Source of the DNA: Balanoglossus misakiensis
Taxonomy: Eukaryota > Animalia > Hemichordata
DNA length: 64,000 nt
Direction: 5' to 3'
Assembly: GCA_040954595.2 (NCBI GenBank)
Contig: CM082581.2
Coordinates: 14,125,250 to 14,189,249, forward strand
Every line of letters begins with the position of its first letter. Position 1 is the stretch's first letter. Position numbers and translations under genes: made by a program. The notes beneath the pieces were generated by a model. That model searched no databases and was not told the DNA's origin. It worked only from the letters and a program-made list of their open reading frames with translations. Shown one piece after another: positions 15,327 to 30,249 of the stretch.

Positions 15327-17422
15327 CTTGACCCGATATAAATTATAGATTAACAGGGACAGTCATCGACTTTTGATATAATTTTGAAGATTTGCGTTTG
15401 GCATTCAGATGACTATGAGGTGGCAATTTTTATTTCGTGTTGGGCATGCATGCACCATCTGAATACTCATGATTGGCTTGGTCTCAACTTTCGTGCAAGG
15501 TCTAATGAGAAAAGGACAAGAGTTTGCGCATCCTGTGTTTAGCGTTTACTGTTGTAAAATGACAGGAATTTGTGTGTACCATATGGATTTTCGTCCATGC
15601 ACGTGCACCATTTAATATTAGCATTACGTGACTTTTGTCTGCAATGTGTTTGTCTTGTTCCATATCAAACACCTGATAATTTGTACAGGTCGATCGAAAA
15701 ACCCGTCCTATAATGGGTTGGGGTCACATATCAACCCCGTGATATTTTTGCATGGGTCGATCGAGAAACGGTAATGTACAGCAAGTTAACGTGCGCAGAG
15801 GTTGATAATGTACTCAGCCAAGCCATCTAATTGAATGGCTGGTAAAAACTAACCGTGCAAATACACCAATATAATGGAGGACTGGACCAAAAAATCAATT
15901 ATTTTATGGGTAGCAGATGTCGACTTTCAAAATGAATTCTTTATAGTGTAAATTTTGTTCCACCAATTATAAAAATATTAAAGAAAGGACACGCACCATT
16001 TGATGAAGTTGTGAACATCGTCAGGTGACCTCGCATGGTGGCGCCAGTTAAGAAACATGTGTGACGTCATCCCCAACTTACCGCATGTACATGTATAATA
16101 CACCACATTAGACTTAAAATTCTGGTGCAGTTGTGCTGATACAGTAATTTGGACACATTGATGTGAACTGCAGAGGTCCTGAACATCATCGTGCCATCCG
16201 GGGACTTTGAAGTTTGTTGCCATAGCAGTCGCCTGTTGTGCGGCAGCTGCGGTGACATCATGTTGCAAGAAAGTGTGAAAGCAATCGACCTTCTTGTAGA
16301 TTTCATTCACGGGATCCAGACAACTAAATCTGAAATCGGTCGAATTGATTTCACAGTGACATCATGTGACGTCATGTCTCTACATTCACTGACGTTTGTG
16401 GCCAATGGCCGCCAGCAAACGCGCGAATAGGTGTTGACGCAGCCGCAGACTGCCGCATAGTACATCTGTTCCGTGAATGTAATCAGATCATATCATGATG
16501 TATTAAACAAAGATTGACTGTAGACTTCATTAAAATTTGAATTACTGAAACTTAGGATAGCTTTTCCTCGCGCTCTTGTAGAGGTTGTCATAGAAATGCG
16601 TGTTTAATACAATCAAGAATTTATAAGCTTTACTGATATTAACGTACCAGTGCATAATATAATGTCGCGTTACGATTGTGTCTCCTAGCAACCAGAAATC
16701 GCCATTCGGGGAAATTCACACGCATTGTGAGGATGGAAGGTACTACCTCAAGGCGATTGTCTCCAAGTGACCCGTAGATATCACATTGTGTCTACACTTA
16801 TTAAAACAATCTTGTAATTTGTATGATCTTAGACCTCTACAAATTAACTTGTCCCTAGACACTAACATATTTTGAAACTACGTAGCGAAATGTGCCCTGA
16901 AATTAACTGGATTACGTAGAAAGCCTTTTTTGAGAAACATGTGACTTTCACCAAAACTGTAATCCAATTTCTTTAAGTGTACACCACTCACAATCGGTTC
17001 ATTGCGAGCAGGGGTATGCCTTAGTCCACACTTTGTCGGTTCACTCAACAGTTTGACTGATATCTATACTCCTTTGCCCTCGTAAATGATTGAATTTTGA
17101 TTGATTAAATTAAATCAAATTAAATTATGTGAAATGATTAAATTTTAAAGTATTTATCCATTTGTGTAGAATAAGCGCAGACAGAACAAAATTTAATTTT
17201 CCAGACTGGAGCATGATAAATACTTCAGACCCGATGGATTTTTAAGATTAAAAAAAGATTTATTTCGGACAACAAAATGAAACATCTACAGTTCCAACGA
17301 AGTTGTGGTTCTCGCCTTTGTACCATGTTTTCCCCACATTTCTCAAAATATCGACCGCATATAGCCGATGATATTCTGGCAATTACAAGCGGGAAACTAT
17401 AGTTTGTAATATGGTTCGGATT

Positions 17423-18250
17423 TCAAGCTCCATTTGGAGTTGTCTCGGTTTTTCGGGGATGGTCGAAGTGGAATAGGTGACGGTTGGTTAACTTTAACAA
17501 AGGTGACTGCAAGGAAAATGTCTTCACATCATCACAGGAAATCCATGTCAAAGTTCCAGTGGCCTGCGATTTTAGGACTGCAATAGACCTCAAATCAGGT
17601 CCAATAACCATATTATTTAAGGTTAGTTAATTGCCAGATCCACGAAACAAATAGACCAATGAGTACTACAAATGGGCCACCTTGATCCATTGCTGAGTAG
17701 TGGTACCAGGTGTTCGGTAGTATAATACAGATCATTGAAAAATCTCATGTTTTATTCCCAAGATTTTTAATGCACAGTTTCCATAGGTACAATGGGCACA
17801 GAAGGCATTTTAATGATGAGTATATGTGAAAGCATTGATACACATAGAATTTTCAGATATGGTGTATTTACATCACAATGGCGGTATGAAAAGCGAGGCA
17901 TACTGGAATACCCACTCTCAGTCTATCTCAGTTTTATTCCCAGGGATGATGATATCTGGGGAAGTAAAGCTCGGAAACTCATTCAATAAAGCTGTCTTGG
18001 TTTAATTTGGTCATATTTTATCTCAGGCGATACATCGGCTCTGGAACCAAGCGCAGGGGAGGGCGGCTTTCTTCAAAAAAAGTAGGATGTTGTAGAAAAG
18101 GAAGTGCGCTTATATCACGCTTGTCGTCTGATAGAACCGGGCTTCCGGTTCTAATATTGCATATCACCATGAAGGACGATAACCGAGGACTAATGCTGTG
18201 TTTAATGGTCCATTTTTCAAATTTAAGCTCGGTTACGTGCTGCTGTGGCG
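17423..18250 (-). mobile_element. Degenerate CACTA/EnSpm (CMC) transposase fossil
   Basis: Motifs in the expected order across frameshifts: WTIKHSIS...LSDDKRD (cf. WAxxHNI...LPxDxRTLL), IKLR..GIPV (cf. LxINIDGLP), LCPL (cf. LWPIL), PFVVLIGLF (cf. PFxVALYxG), WISCD (cf. FICD), SPLLKL. Confidence 0.5.
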
Positions 18251-20559
18251 TCCATCTTCCAGCAACTGCTGTCCCTTGGAAATACATTGACTAAATAATG
18301 GATATCAGGGTACGGCACCTTCGTGGGCCTGAAATTCCTTCAGATGTTCTCGCCAACAGCCGACTTGTACATGTTGACAAAGTTGGTTTAATTTAAATGA
18401 ATGTGATGACGAATGGGTGGACAAATGGTAGAAATATGCACCTGTCGCCACAACGTGCGAAGTCACATAACTTTGCGAACTTGAAAGTAGATCTCAAATG
18501 TGCCAAGATTATTTTTAGAGATTGTTTATGAAAAATTAAAAAAAGAAATGTAGTACGTAAGCGTTCAAATTTATCCGTTAAAATGTTCATAGTAATACTG
18601 TAAAAGCTTTTTGTAGTCTTCCTCGAGTGGTGGCATGTATTATGAATGAGGGTAACACGTGGTTCTTAAGAAAATGTTTGCCGTGCAATCTGCTTTTTGT
18701 GGCTTCTTTCTTTCTGTTGTGAAATCATGGCAATATCCTCACTGCAATGCATGAGAAGTAATGTATGATTACGTATTAACGCGGCAGTTGTCCGTATACT
18801 AATTCCCTGTTTACGTGAAAGTTTAATATACCATTGCGCGTGAAATCCCACCCAAGTCATATCACGCGTAGAAGCTCGGAATCGAAATTGTCGCTTGAAA
18901 TAATGCGAAATTGTAAGACATCCAAATAATTAATCAGACACTTTCCCAGCGTCTAACAAAACAACAACAACAACATTGAATCGCCAGGTTCAGTGGCGTG
19001 AAAAATTCTTGTACTGCGACTTCCTCTTGGAATTTATATTTCTTTCATGTAATATTTTCCCATAAAACTGAGTCCAATCAAAACCATCAAAGTGGCCGAT
19101 TGCATTTATACAGGCACAGAATCACTACAGATGTCAGTTAAGTGCCCCAATCCATAGCAGGGGGTTTGCAGCGTGATGTCAACTCTAAGTAACAGCAATC
19201 AACTTTTAAACGTCTATGACAGAGATGTGAGCAATTACACGTATAAAAATATCGCTCAATCAAAAGTATTGCCGTTGAATAAAACGCTCCGGCTCTCTGC
19301 TCGTTTCAGCTTTTACAATGTTCTGGTTACGATCAGCGACGGTGTCGTTATATTTACGTCGTTGCGTTACTGTCAAGTGTTCTCAGCAATGCACCTTTTA
19401 ATGTGGCGATTTTAGTCGATTAAGGTGCCTCCTAAGGTATGTGCCACCTGCTATTTCAGCGGCTGAAAACCGTCAGACTCGTGCGTGTTTCTGTGAATTA
19501 AACTCCTCTCCTTTTACACGCTGCCTTGTCATCGTATTATCGACGCAGTTACTATTTTTGTCATTTGCGGCGCGTTTGACTTCACATTCTCGCCAATGTG
19601 ACGCTTCCCACGTGGTACTGTTAGCATTACATTGACCTTTTTGTAAAGTCTGACAAGATTTTGAATTAGTACTGCAAAATTCGAGCCTCTAAATAAAACG
19701 TCCTTCAATATATAACCACCAGTGAAATGAATATGCTTTCGTGTCTGTGGAATAACTGCTGCTTGACTGTAAAGGTTTGAAAGTTACCTTGTCTCTGCTT
19801 TGTTGGTCTTGTGTAAAAGTGTAGCCAAGTGTTGAAGTCATTAATTATGCAGATGATATAAATTGTTCAAATCATGTTCTATGGCAAGAGGTATGCATCA
19901 GTGACGAGCGTTGAAATTGATATTATTCAGTCTATCTTTTCAAATGGAAAGGTCAGAGTGTCACATATGTCAATTGTGTTTTCTGTGTAACCATAAATTG
20001 CCTGTTCATGTATAGTCACGCGAGGTCCCGCAGTGTCGCTTGGAGTTCGGAAAATGGCCTATTGTATTCACGGAATTCGAACTAGAACCCTTTCTTTCAT
20101 AAATCGTGTGGAAGGAAATGCAATTTGAAACTCAGTGCCCAAAACAGTTGTATGGTACCAGCAGGATTTTTTCAGTGACCTACCCAAAAAAGTCACATGG
20201 ATAATAGTGTAGCACATGCGTAGTGCGTGAGCTTCTTCAGAGCTGCCTGAGCTGCGACCGCTCGACCACTACTGCAAGTCAATGACGTCATACCAACAGT
20301 GATTGAGAGTTGGTTTCGTGCGCATTTGATTTTGTTTGGTTAGGCTGTGTCGTGCTTTTCTTTTGCAAAGTTGTCTCAGATCATCTATCAACGCTAAACT
20401 TACTTTGACGTTTTTTGAATTATTACTAAAATTAAAAGCCTTCGGCAGATTGATAATAATTATTGCATGTTTATGATGGATGAGTTAATTTCTCTCCGGG
20501 ATATCGTAAACTCTGGCCACTTTTTTATTTTTCTTCATAATAAATTGTGTCTTGCAAAG

Positions 20560-20830
20560 TAATATAAATAATGTCCCCTACATTTCCTCATTTCACGGAT
20601 GGTATTTAAGGTGGGTGAATCGCTTTCCACTTTTCGTGAATTCTGACTTTAGAATCAGTATTTTTGTTATCAACAAAAACAGTTCTTCGTACGGAATGCG
20701 CTTATATGTGAAGTTCTCAAGGGGCAAATTATGCTTGGTTAAGAAAAGCATATTGAAGTTTGTAATAGCTTCAGCGACTCCGATCAAAGGTCACTTTTTA
20801 TATCTTTGCCATAGCCGCACGTATTATAGT
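20560..20830 (-). mobile_element. Possible degenerate hAT transposase N-terminal fragment
   Basis: TNFNMLFLTKHNLPLENF resembles LFNxAYxxAKxNxP..F of ZNF862/C17orf113-type hAT transposases. Confidence 0.3.
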
Positions 20831-21630
20831 AATGAGTTAGAATAATTCCATCAGCTGCATTTGAACATTTATTACAAGAAGAAACATGGCGACGTGATGC
20901 AGCCAATATGAGCAATCGTTTTATTTTGTGGGTGATTTTTAGACTTCCGAAAACAGTTTTCGAAAAAGTAACCTTCTTGAAAGAATTGAAGATAAAGACT
21001 AGTTTGAGAATATTTTATGCAAGTGTCCTGTGACAAACAATCATTTTAAGAGTATTAAACAAAATGTTACATTTTGCTCGAATGCATCATTACAATAAGT
21101 ACATGCTCAGACAATCTAACCTTTCAAGGTTTCCAAGGAGATAAGATACATGTACGACTTTCTTTTACCATCTAACAAATACAGATTACCATGGAGTTTC
21201 GTCTGTTAGCCAGAATGTAAAATGTGGGGACAAATACGTGTTATGGCCAGAATGAAGTAGTTCTACTAACCTTCAGTTTGAAATATATTACATAATAAAC
21301 TATCGCGTATTAATCTCAAATACAGTTATTAGTGATACGAGCGATAGCCCAGCTCTAAATGTGCTGTTATCAGTCCAAATGGAATAATCAACTAATGGAG
21401 GAAACACTCTAGGAGTGTCTATATTGGCAACTGCGGTACAATGCTTCTTATCGTAAATATTTTATATTACACAGGAAACGCGCGTTCATACACGTGTACA
21501 TGTAAATGATCTCTGCGCGGAATGATGGCAGCATATGGGTGATATCAGTCCGCGATCGTAGACGATTATTTTATTTGCGAACGAGGTCAGTGCTAGTGGA
21601 GAACATTGGAGTGCATTTGTTGTCAGTTGT

Positions 21631-21646
21631 GGGGGGGGGGGGGGGG
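21631..21646 (+). repeat. G16 homopolymer (G-quadruplex capable)
   Basis: 16 consecutive G. Confidence 0.9.
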
Positions 21647-21860
21647 TTGTCACGTGATCCGTAGCATCACTTCATGTGGATGACATTTTAAAGAGAAGGC
21701 GCATTGTTAGGATCATGTTATTAACTCTCGTGACAAACGATACTGTCACAGAACAAACGGTGTTTTCAACGGCACATACAAAAGATTACAATTGTTGTTA
21801 AACTCTTTACCTGTTCTTGTTTCATACAAAGCTTAATTTGTATTACTTGGCTGCCAACCC

Positions 21861-21874
21861 GTTGCTATGGCAAT
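21861..21874. promoter_or_regulatory. RFX X-box-like motif
   Basis: GTTGCTATGGCAAT versus palindromic GTTGCCATGGCAAC. Confidence 0.3.
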
Positions 21875-22094
21875 TAACCAAGCCTCGCGAGATCACGCAA
21901 TGAGCGGAAAATCGTCTATTGTGCCGCAGAGTCGCGGCGGAAATCATAACATCTATTTCTTCTTTCAAGCCCTTCATGAAATACGACGCAACACATTCGG
22001 ATGACTGCGTCTTGGCCATATCAATGTTCCAGTGCATCCCTTTCTCAATAGTTCCCGCAGAGTTCGGAAGTTCACTCTCGCTGTATGACGACAT
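21870..22094 (-). mobile_element. Possible Gypsy-type gag fragment
   Basis: ASYFMKGLKEEIDVMISAATL resembles the retrotransposon gag motif F..GLxxEI......TL. Confidence 0.35.
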
Positions 22095-22424
22095 ACTTCT
22101 TTTCTCCTTTTCCGCTGATTAATATAATATCCCAGAGGACTCCGCAGAGAGACATTGAACATTGCCAACTGTCTCATTTTCTATTTACAGCCCAGTGAGT
22201 CCATTTTTTTAGATATATATTAGAAATTGGAGATGAAGTTAATTCGCGAAAGCTCTATGAATTTTAAATGTAATAATTTGGCGACAGTAACGTCGACCAC
22301 TGTCTTCTGTCTGTCCCGATTGATCAAGGTGTCTAACAAGGGGAGACTGCAAGAAAGACGAACAATGTTGCGTGAAATGCCGTCTAGATCAAATCGACAG
22401 GGGGACAGGTTTGAGTCATTCGTA

Positions 22425-22580
22425 CAGATAGATAGAGACAAAGAGATAACAGAGAAGAGAAATAGACTAAGAGAAGCATAGGATAGACTGAGTGGAAGAG
22501 TGGACACACAAAGAGACATCAGTAGACTCTGAGGAGGGAGAGGAAAAAAGAGAGAAAACACACAAAGCGATAGAGACAGG
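22425..22580. repeat. Degenerate GA-rich low-complexity tract
   Basis: Purine-rich GAGA/GATA/GACA mosaic that explains the spurious low-complexity ORFs here. Confidence 0.75.
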
Positions 22581-22980
22581 CATCCTGAGCGTTGCACGAC
22601 AGGAAGCTATACGAAATGCAATCTTAAAGTTATTCGGGTTGTACAAAATGGACAACTCCTCCAACACTTTAGTTGGCCTTCTCCAGGTGATACTGTGCGA
22701 TTAATACGTCACACGCTGGGTAGAACGATTTGTCACCGATTATTAAACGGCAGCTGAAGAAACATCCGACGAAGAAGTGATCAATAAAATGTCACATGTT
22801 TAGCCGCGTTTGTGGACATTGGCCTTTATTTATCATGTGATAAATTAAAAGTTGAAACTCTTACCCTGGTATAATTTTCACGTAAATTTAAAATTGCTAA
22901 TAATGTACTTTTCGTTTAATATTAATTATAAATGCGTTGAACACTTTTCTGACATACTACACTTCATGCATTTGTTGCAA

Positions 22981-23034
22981 GGCAGGCAGACAAACAGGGG
23001 AAAGACAGGCAGGCAGAGAGACAGGGGAAAGACA
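22981..23034. repeat. 27-bp tandem duplication
   Basis: GGCAGGCAGACAAACAGGGGAAAGACA / GGCAGGCAGAGAGACAGGGGAAAGACA. Confidence 0.8.
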
Positions 23035-25478
23035 TTGTTTGTCGTTTCTATTCCTGAATGTGCCTGTATATTATGGAAAATGAATTTGTAATTACAGTGA
23101 TCCCCTTTTCGTTGCGGAAAATATAGAGATGGGTTTTAGACAGTCATACCGCCGTAGATTGCAGAAAATGTACCATTTTGAACCATGTTGATAGCTTCCT
23201 TGAGGGATATTGAAATTAGGTTTGCTTTCAAAATGAAACATGATGTTAGATGTCCCCCGCAGGCAGAATAAAACTTTTTATTTTAACATCTATGACTGGC
23301 GTATAGTACTAGTAGGGAACTTAGATCGTCATAGACTCAGTTACTAGTATTTCTGCTGTCCCTGCAAGATGCTTGTGCATATATTGTGTGTTGGTGAGGC
23401 CGTGAAGTTGTTATTGTAGACTTCAACTCGTGTGTTATGGTGTTCGGATTGTCTAGACGCCTTTTCCCATAACAACATAAAACACGCCACAAAATATTAT
23501 CAACTGGAAAAGAGATAAAAAGATCACATTTCTGGTAATAAATGCTATGAATAATTCATAGTTTTTATGTAATGGTCTTCCTGTTTTATTCCTAGAAATC
23601 AATGTTGATAAATTAATGCAGCACATCATTTCTGATAAAAGGATTCATTCTAGCGGATTCAATTCTGTTCAATCCGATATAGTCAGTTTTATTGGATGGT
23701 GGCATTAATTTGGGAATTTCCCCGCGAAATTCACATTCATTAAAATATGTGAATCGTTCCATAAAGTTTCCACTTTCCCCCGCACTGCAGCAGACGTATC
23801 AGATAAATGATTTATTTTTATCGTGCCAGAAATGAACTCCCGTGTCGTTTAAAATGGATGATTACTCTCCGTATTCATATTAAGAATTACCATCCCGTGA
23901 ACAGCCAACAACCTGCTCGACTTTGAATCGATGAACACGAAAAAGAACGTAAACTTTTAGACGCACGTACTATGGTATGATTTATAGTGCGACAAGTAAC
24001 TTGATTTCGATTTTATTCTCTGGTGTTCTACTATTTGATATTCTTAATCAAAATGCGCTATATGCCAAGGCCATAAGCAAATTGAATAGGCCCTATACTG
24101 ATATGGACATTTCAATTTCTCGACCTTAAATCCACAATCGAAAAATTTCATGATTTGTCACGGAGAAAATAGTTTCATTTCATCAAAACAAGTGAACCAA
24201 TGTAAGATTGTTAATGACAAATGTACTTAATGTCACCCTGTGTGCTTAAGTCGAACATGTACATAACAATATTTTACAATACATTTCATTAGTCACAAAT
24301 ATGACAGATGTGCATATGACTTTGAACGCACTGATTCAGCTGACAGGTGTAACGTCTTAACGACTCAAATGGTCGATATTTCACGATGTGTTCTTTTCAT
24401 TTTGCAAATGTACAGTAATACAGTACACTCGTAAAAATGCACGTCTTCACTTTATGAATACAAAGGTTTATGAGAATTGCCACGTGATGTTAATCTAATC
24501 ATCACTTTTGTGAAACTCATTTGTGAAGGATGGAAACTTGAAAAAAAAATAATGCGGTGTCTAATTAACTTGTAAAGGTAGCAAGATTGATGGTACTAAT
24601 ACAATACTGAAGGAAACTTGAACGCATATCATTAAAGAAGCTGTTGCATCCCGGAAAAGATAGGGAGAATACTTAAAATCCACCAAAATGAATTCCTTCC
24701 TGGCTCAGAAAATACATTGTAAAAGAAACGGCTTCTTTTAGGACTGCATACTTATGTACTATCGGTTTAAGTTATATCGTCGACAGGTGGCCACTCTCTT
24801 CTTTAATAAAATGACTTGAGATATGCAGATATTTCCAATGTTTCCTCAAGAGTGAAGGAGTAATGTAAAAAATGCAATGAAGTCAGTGGTTCACAACCTC
24901 GTTAGCACCGGGTCAGTGATTGTGTCCCAATTCTGTCATAACAATGTTGCATCGCTTAGGGAAATGTGAAGGCTATGAAAATATTTTGACGAGCACTCTG
25001 TAAATGCAATTAGTCAAAAGTACGCACAAGTGGATCTTCTCAGACTGTTGAATTAAATGGCATTCGGCCAATTTGAAAGTACCCCAACATTCTTTGATTC
25101 CCATCAGTTCAAAATGGAAGTGATAAATCTGCGGTCACAGTGACTTATGAGATCGCCACCAGAAGTCACTGTCATTTCAGGGGAAGTGTTTGTGTGTAAT
25201 CACCAGTGATGTCTTTTAAATACAGGTGTCCTACAAAACACAGCAGATCAACCTCTACAATAAATATGTTAATCAACAGTTATTGCGCTTTCACTCGTTG
25301 CATTTGCAGAAACTAGTAGTTAAATAACAGTTTTAAACGATTTTTTCAATTTTACCATGACACTACTTTACCGACGAACCATTAAAAGCCGTAACTCGAC
25401 CGCAAGGACGCGTAGTAAAGTACCTCAGCATATCACTCATCTGAGAGACATCTTGTTTACTCTTCGTGCCCGTGTTCA

Positions 25479-25491
25479 GTTGCCTAGCAAC
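25479..25491. promoter_or_regulatory. RFX X-box motif
   Basis: GTTGCCTAGCAAC matches the consensus GTNRCC-N(0-3)-RGYAAC. Function untested. Confidence 0.4.
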
Positions 25492-28400
25492 AAAAAGCGC
25501 TGTCGTTTAACTATGTAGATCTCACAGAATATGTATGTACACTTAGCACTTTTTGAAGTCGGTCACTCCAGTTTTAAGCGCTGCTACTCGGGGCCTTCAG
25601 ATATGCAAGAATGCCACTATAAATATGTTTCGCTTCTTTTATTATGTTTCGGCTTTTCTGTGTCCACGACGAATGATTTCATAATCACGGTATAGCACAT
25701 GACACTCGCCTTACTCCAAGAATGGGCAAGATTTCAATCAAAAACAATTCGAAATTACAATATACTTGGGAGTGTCATGTAAAATTAATATTTCCGTGGG
25801 ATTTGAAGAATACTCCGGGTTAAAATATGAAAACTGTCTATCTCCATGGAAACGATTGCGGCGAATGCCGTCATTCTCGTCGCTTTCATGTCTTCCCGAT
25901 AACGCCTAGAGTCAAGAAAAAATGATATCTGAAATAAATGTGTAATCCTTGTTCAGGCAGCAGTTATTGAAATCTTTGTATTTTTTTCTGAAAAGCCACA
26001 CAGTCGTCGAAATGTTAAAAAAATATGTTTTTGCGTCTCCTTGTTAGTTTATATATATTATTTATTTGCGTGTTTATTTATTTACTTCTTGGGCGTGCTG
26101 GGTTGTTGCACACAACAACAACTCTGGTACTTCACAAAACGAAATGATTTTAGGTAAAAAACGAAATATGCCACGGGATTTGTATTAAGAACGAGAAGAA
26201 AAAATTAAGGGCGAATATGAAATAAAAAGGGATATTGACACAAAGGGATGCGCGAGTACTTTCAAACTAAAATATCGTGACTGAGAAGTCGATATAACAT
26301 TATGCTAGTGTCATAGATCATACAAAACGGTGAAAAGATCACAGCATCAAAGGGTGAAATACATTGTAAAATTCTGCTTACTGGGCTGCTTAGTATGAAC
26401 CTTGTATGGCTAACACACCTTTAAAAATTGCAAGTAGAGGGATAATAATATTCTAGAGAACATAAGTAGTGAAGACGTAAATCGCACACAAGAAGTCTTC
26501 GTGTAGACGTTGAAGCGCCCCCTTAAACGTGTCTGTACTTTTCAGCTTTGACGACAAACTGGGTACGAATCATGAATGGAGAGCGTTTGCGGTACCCACC
26601 AGACAAAGTCCCGTATTGAGTTGAAATTGCCAATAATTGCCTCGCGGAGCTGTTACCCAAACCACATTCTGTCTATACTAAAAGGGATTTCTTGTTTGGG
26701 TACAGAAATAACTTACTCAGCCTTGTCCGTCTGTCTGTTGGTTTTGCGATATAAGCCATGATGGCCTGGTGCAGTAAACCCTTTTCGTAGATCCTTCGCT
26801 CGGCCATAATTGAATCTACTTGCCTCAGGGCTAATAATAATCATACCTTCATTTTGCAACAAATCATAATATTAATCATAGAAAATTTAAATGTAAATTT
26901 ATGAGCAGTGTAGGGCCTCTTCCCATAATGCAGGTACTTTGACATTTTCCACCACACACAAAATACCTTGCTTTGAACAGTATTTACTTTGAAAGCCGTA
27001 ATAACCAATCAGCTATCGGGTGCTAACGATGCACAATAAAATAAAACAATTAAGCCAGTGTGTTCCAATTAATATTTAGTAATTACATGCTTCGATTAGC
27101 ACGTGTTTTTATTGATGAATTGTCAATTAAACCTTTGCCACAGCATACCGGGGCAGTCAAAGTCATCGTTCCGGAAACCTATATAACTGCATCGCTAAGT
27201 CAATCAAAGTCGAGTCCATGTTTATCCGTGGTTACCCCCTAAAGCTGGATCAAGACGTCAAAAGCATTTCAACTAAGAAGTTTAGAATTACCGTAGCTTA
27301 CAAAGGTCCATGCTTCAGTTTAGAGAGAAGATGGGCAGAGTGACAGACGTTCATATGCCATTATGAATCCACAGCTATCACTCAGACTTGTCCGAGTCAT
27401 TTCTTCTATGCCAATAATACACACAACTATCTGTATTGCCAGAAGCAGAAATACCGGAAAAGTTTTCATCTTGTGCAAGAAGTAGTGTAGCGAATAAATG
27501 CATGTGATTCTGACCCTTGCCAGTTCAAGTTTTGCATCAATGAGTTTAAGAGAGGGAATGGATTACAATTTACGACGTACGTGTAATTTACTTTTACTTG
27601 GACAAAAATCGGCGTTTCTCTGTCTTTCCGCATTTTATGACCGAGGGCCTACTTCAGCGAGGAGCGGAGACACTTAAATTTCACTACGAATCGGTGTCTC
27701 GATTTTCTTTCCGTACTGGTAATGATTTCGAAGAGACAAAAATAGCGCGATACAATCGTCTGCAGAAGTTTGAAAGAAATCTGATTGTCAGAATTGCTTA
27801 AAACATGAAACCCTGACAGATAAGTTAAGATAATTACAGTCACGTGGTCGAAAAGAATGACGAGGATTTAATACCCGTGGTTCTTAATTTTCCATCAACC
27901 ACAAGCGGATCTTGTCTTATTTTATTCTTTTCTTCGTGACAAGACAAAGATAAAAAGGACACCCACGAACTGGCTTAAGTTAAAATGCAAGTTTTCGTGG
28001 TTACTGATACAAATGTGGACATTCCGCTAAAAAGGAACCGATCAATCACCAAATCCATCCATATCTGCCCAAAAGGAAGTCGTAGGAGCGTGTTCTTAAA
28101 GTAAGCTTTATGTAATTCTAAGGAATGGCCTATTTCCCATTGCCGTCAGGACCTTGGAAATTGAAGTCATATCATCAGTTTACCGATAACACTTTTTTCT
28201 TTAACCTTCGCCAACCTCACTCTGAAAGACTACAAACCTATTCGTTGACTGATTAAGACACAAGTGCTTGTCAATAGATTAAAACACAACAGAAAAGCTT
28301 TCCCGCGCCCAAGTTAGTTTGTCAATAGTATGATATGGACTCAACCTCCACAGTGCACTTTCTGTCTTTTTAATCAGACTCGTTTTCGCTAGCCTTCTGC

Positions 28401-30249
28401 TTACGCTCTTGTGAAATGGCATCTTGATAGGGCAAGAGCACCAGTGGTATATTGTACTTTTGTCGGGAAAATAGATGCTGGCTTCTGCTTGGTCAAATAT
28501 GTTATTTTTTCGGGCCGCTATTTTCTGCCCTATTTGCATCATAATTTTGATGATCACTACACTGATTAGGTGATTGGCAAGGTTATGTTTTGCCAACCCT
28601 TATTTCCGTGAGTTGAATACACAGGGTTTTATAGTCTGATATGTGATAGGCCTGTTGGTTTTCTCGCCAACCCGGCAGCTTCTGTGCTAGTTGTGTTCAT
28701 ACGCGCAGAATTCATTTTTGATCTTTGGATCAACTTTTAGCCATCACTTATTATTATGGGAAATAATTCTCGTCGGTTTCAGAATAGTTGTAGGCAAAGT
28801 TAAACTGTATAGGATTGCGCCAGCAGCGATGGCGGCAAAGTGTTTATATCATGAAAAATATGGACCAGAAAATCACAATAAAACTCGTAATCTGGCACGT
28901 ACAGCCGAGAAGCGACACGACGATCTGTTTACATTGCACACTAGCTTCCAGCGTCATAATCGCAAAACACATTAAGAAAATTATTCACTACTGCAGACAA
29001 CTTTGGGCAACTTTTCCTGGTCTTTCATGAATGGAATGATGCCATAATCATTCTAATTATCGGAAGCGATAAGTTTATTTTGAAATCACGAGAGTGCACG
29101 TTTAAAGGATGATGTAACATGGTCACGGAATCTCAGGTCTTCACATGGTTGTCACTTCGAAAGTAGTCCGCTGCCCCCGGAGAATAGTGTGGTTCCGTCC
29201 GTGGAGCAATTCGCAATTCGCAATTCATTTCAGCCATTCGCTTACAATTTACGGACCGAAAACATAAAATATAACAAGGCCAATAACGCAATATAAACAA
29301 CCGTCCTTGTTGAAGTTTTACGTCTCTCTCAGAAAGAAAGAAAAGATAAATAAAAGAAAACGAAATGAAATAAATTCTGATACACGAGGCGGTGAACCTC
29401 TTTAGTGGACATCGCTCTCTTCAAACACAATCATGTGTTATTCAAAAGTACGCAAAAACAAACCATTATTCCTGTGTGCATGCGTCTATGCACGTCCAGT
29501 TCTATGAAAGCGCTACAGTTAGCTGCGTTTAACTGTCCCCAAACCAATTGTATGCGCTGTCTTGTAGAAATACAATGGAGAACAATGTTCTTATACACCC
29601 AGTATCTTTGTGTGATGTCCGTTGCGAAATTGGTCATTGCCCGGCCATGTTTTATGGAGTTAATCGTAGCGATATATGCTATTCGGAGAGAGTGATCCCT
29701 ACAAACACCGTAAATAATGAACCTTTTGGGGGAAATGGCGCTGCTCTACATGCGAACAGTTGAATAATACGTCTTTATTTAAAGGACATGTCCTTGATAA
29801 AAAGTTCTTTTTGAGGCATTGTCGTTCACAGAATGCACTAGCACGACATACTTTTCTTCTGCACAATTGCCGTGGCCCGCTCTTGAATTCTGTGTCCATA
29901 GACTGATTAGAGCAACAATAAAGTGCGCGGATACAAGACGAGAATTTGTATTTGCTCGGAGGGCATCCGTAAATTTATATAGGATCCGAGCCATGTGTAG
30001 GTTTTCTCACTATTAAGGCTTGAGTCGAGGTTTCGGATGTGTGTCTGTCACATTCAGTTATGGGTTGCCGAATGGGTGATTTCTGAAGAGCGTTATGGTG
30101 CATGGCGCTTGGGATAGCTACGAGGACGCTCTGCTGAGACAGGGTCGGCCGCCTTGGGACTTCATGCTGTTTAACGAGGACGATCGGCCGTCGTCTACGC
30201 TCGTATACGACCGACGTACGACCGCCTTGCTATATCGACTCGGCTCAAC

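Noticed and set aside
22220-22704. Cluster of 66-125-aa ORFs
   Set aside because: Products of a GA/CT low-complexity tract.
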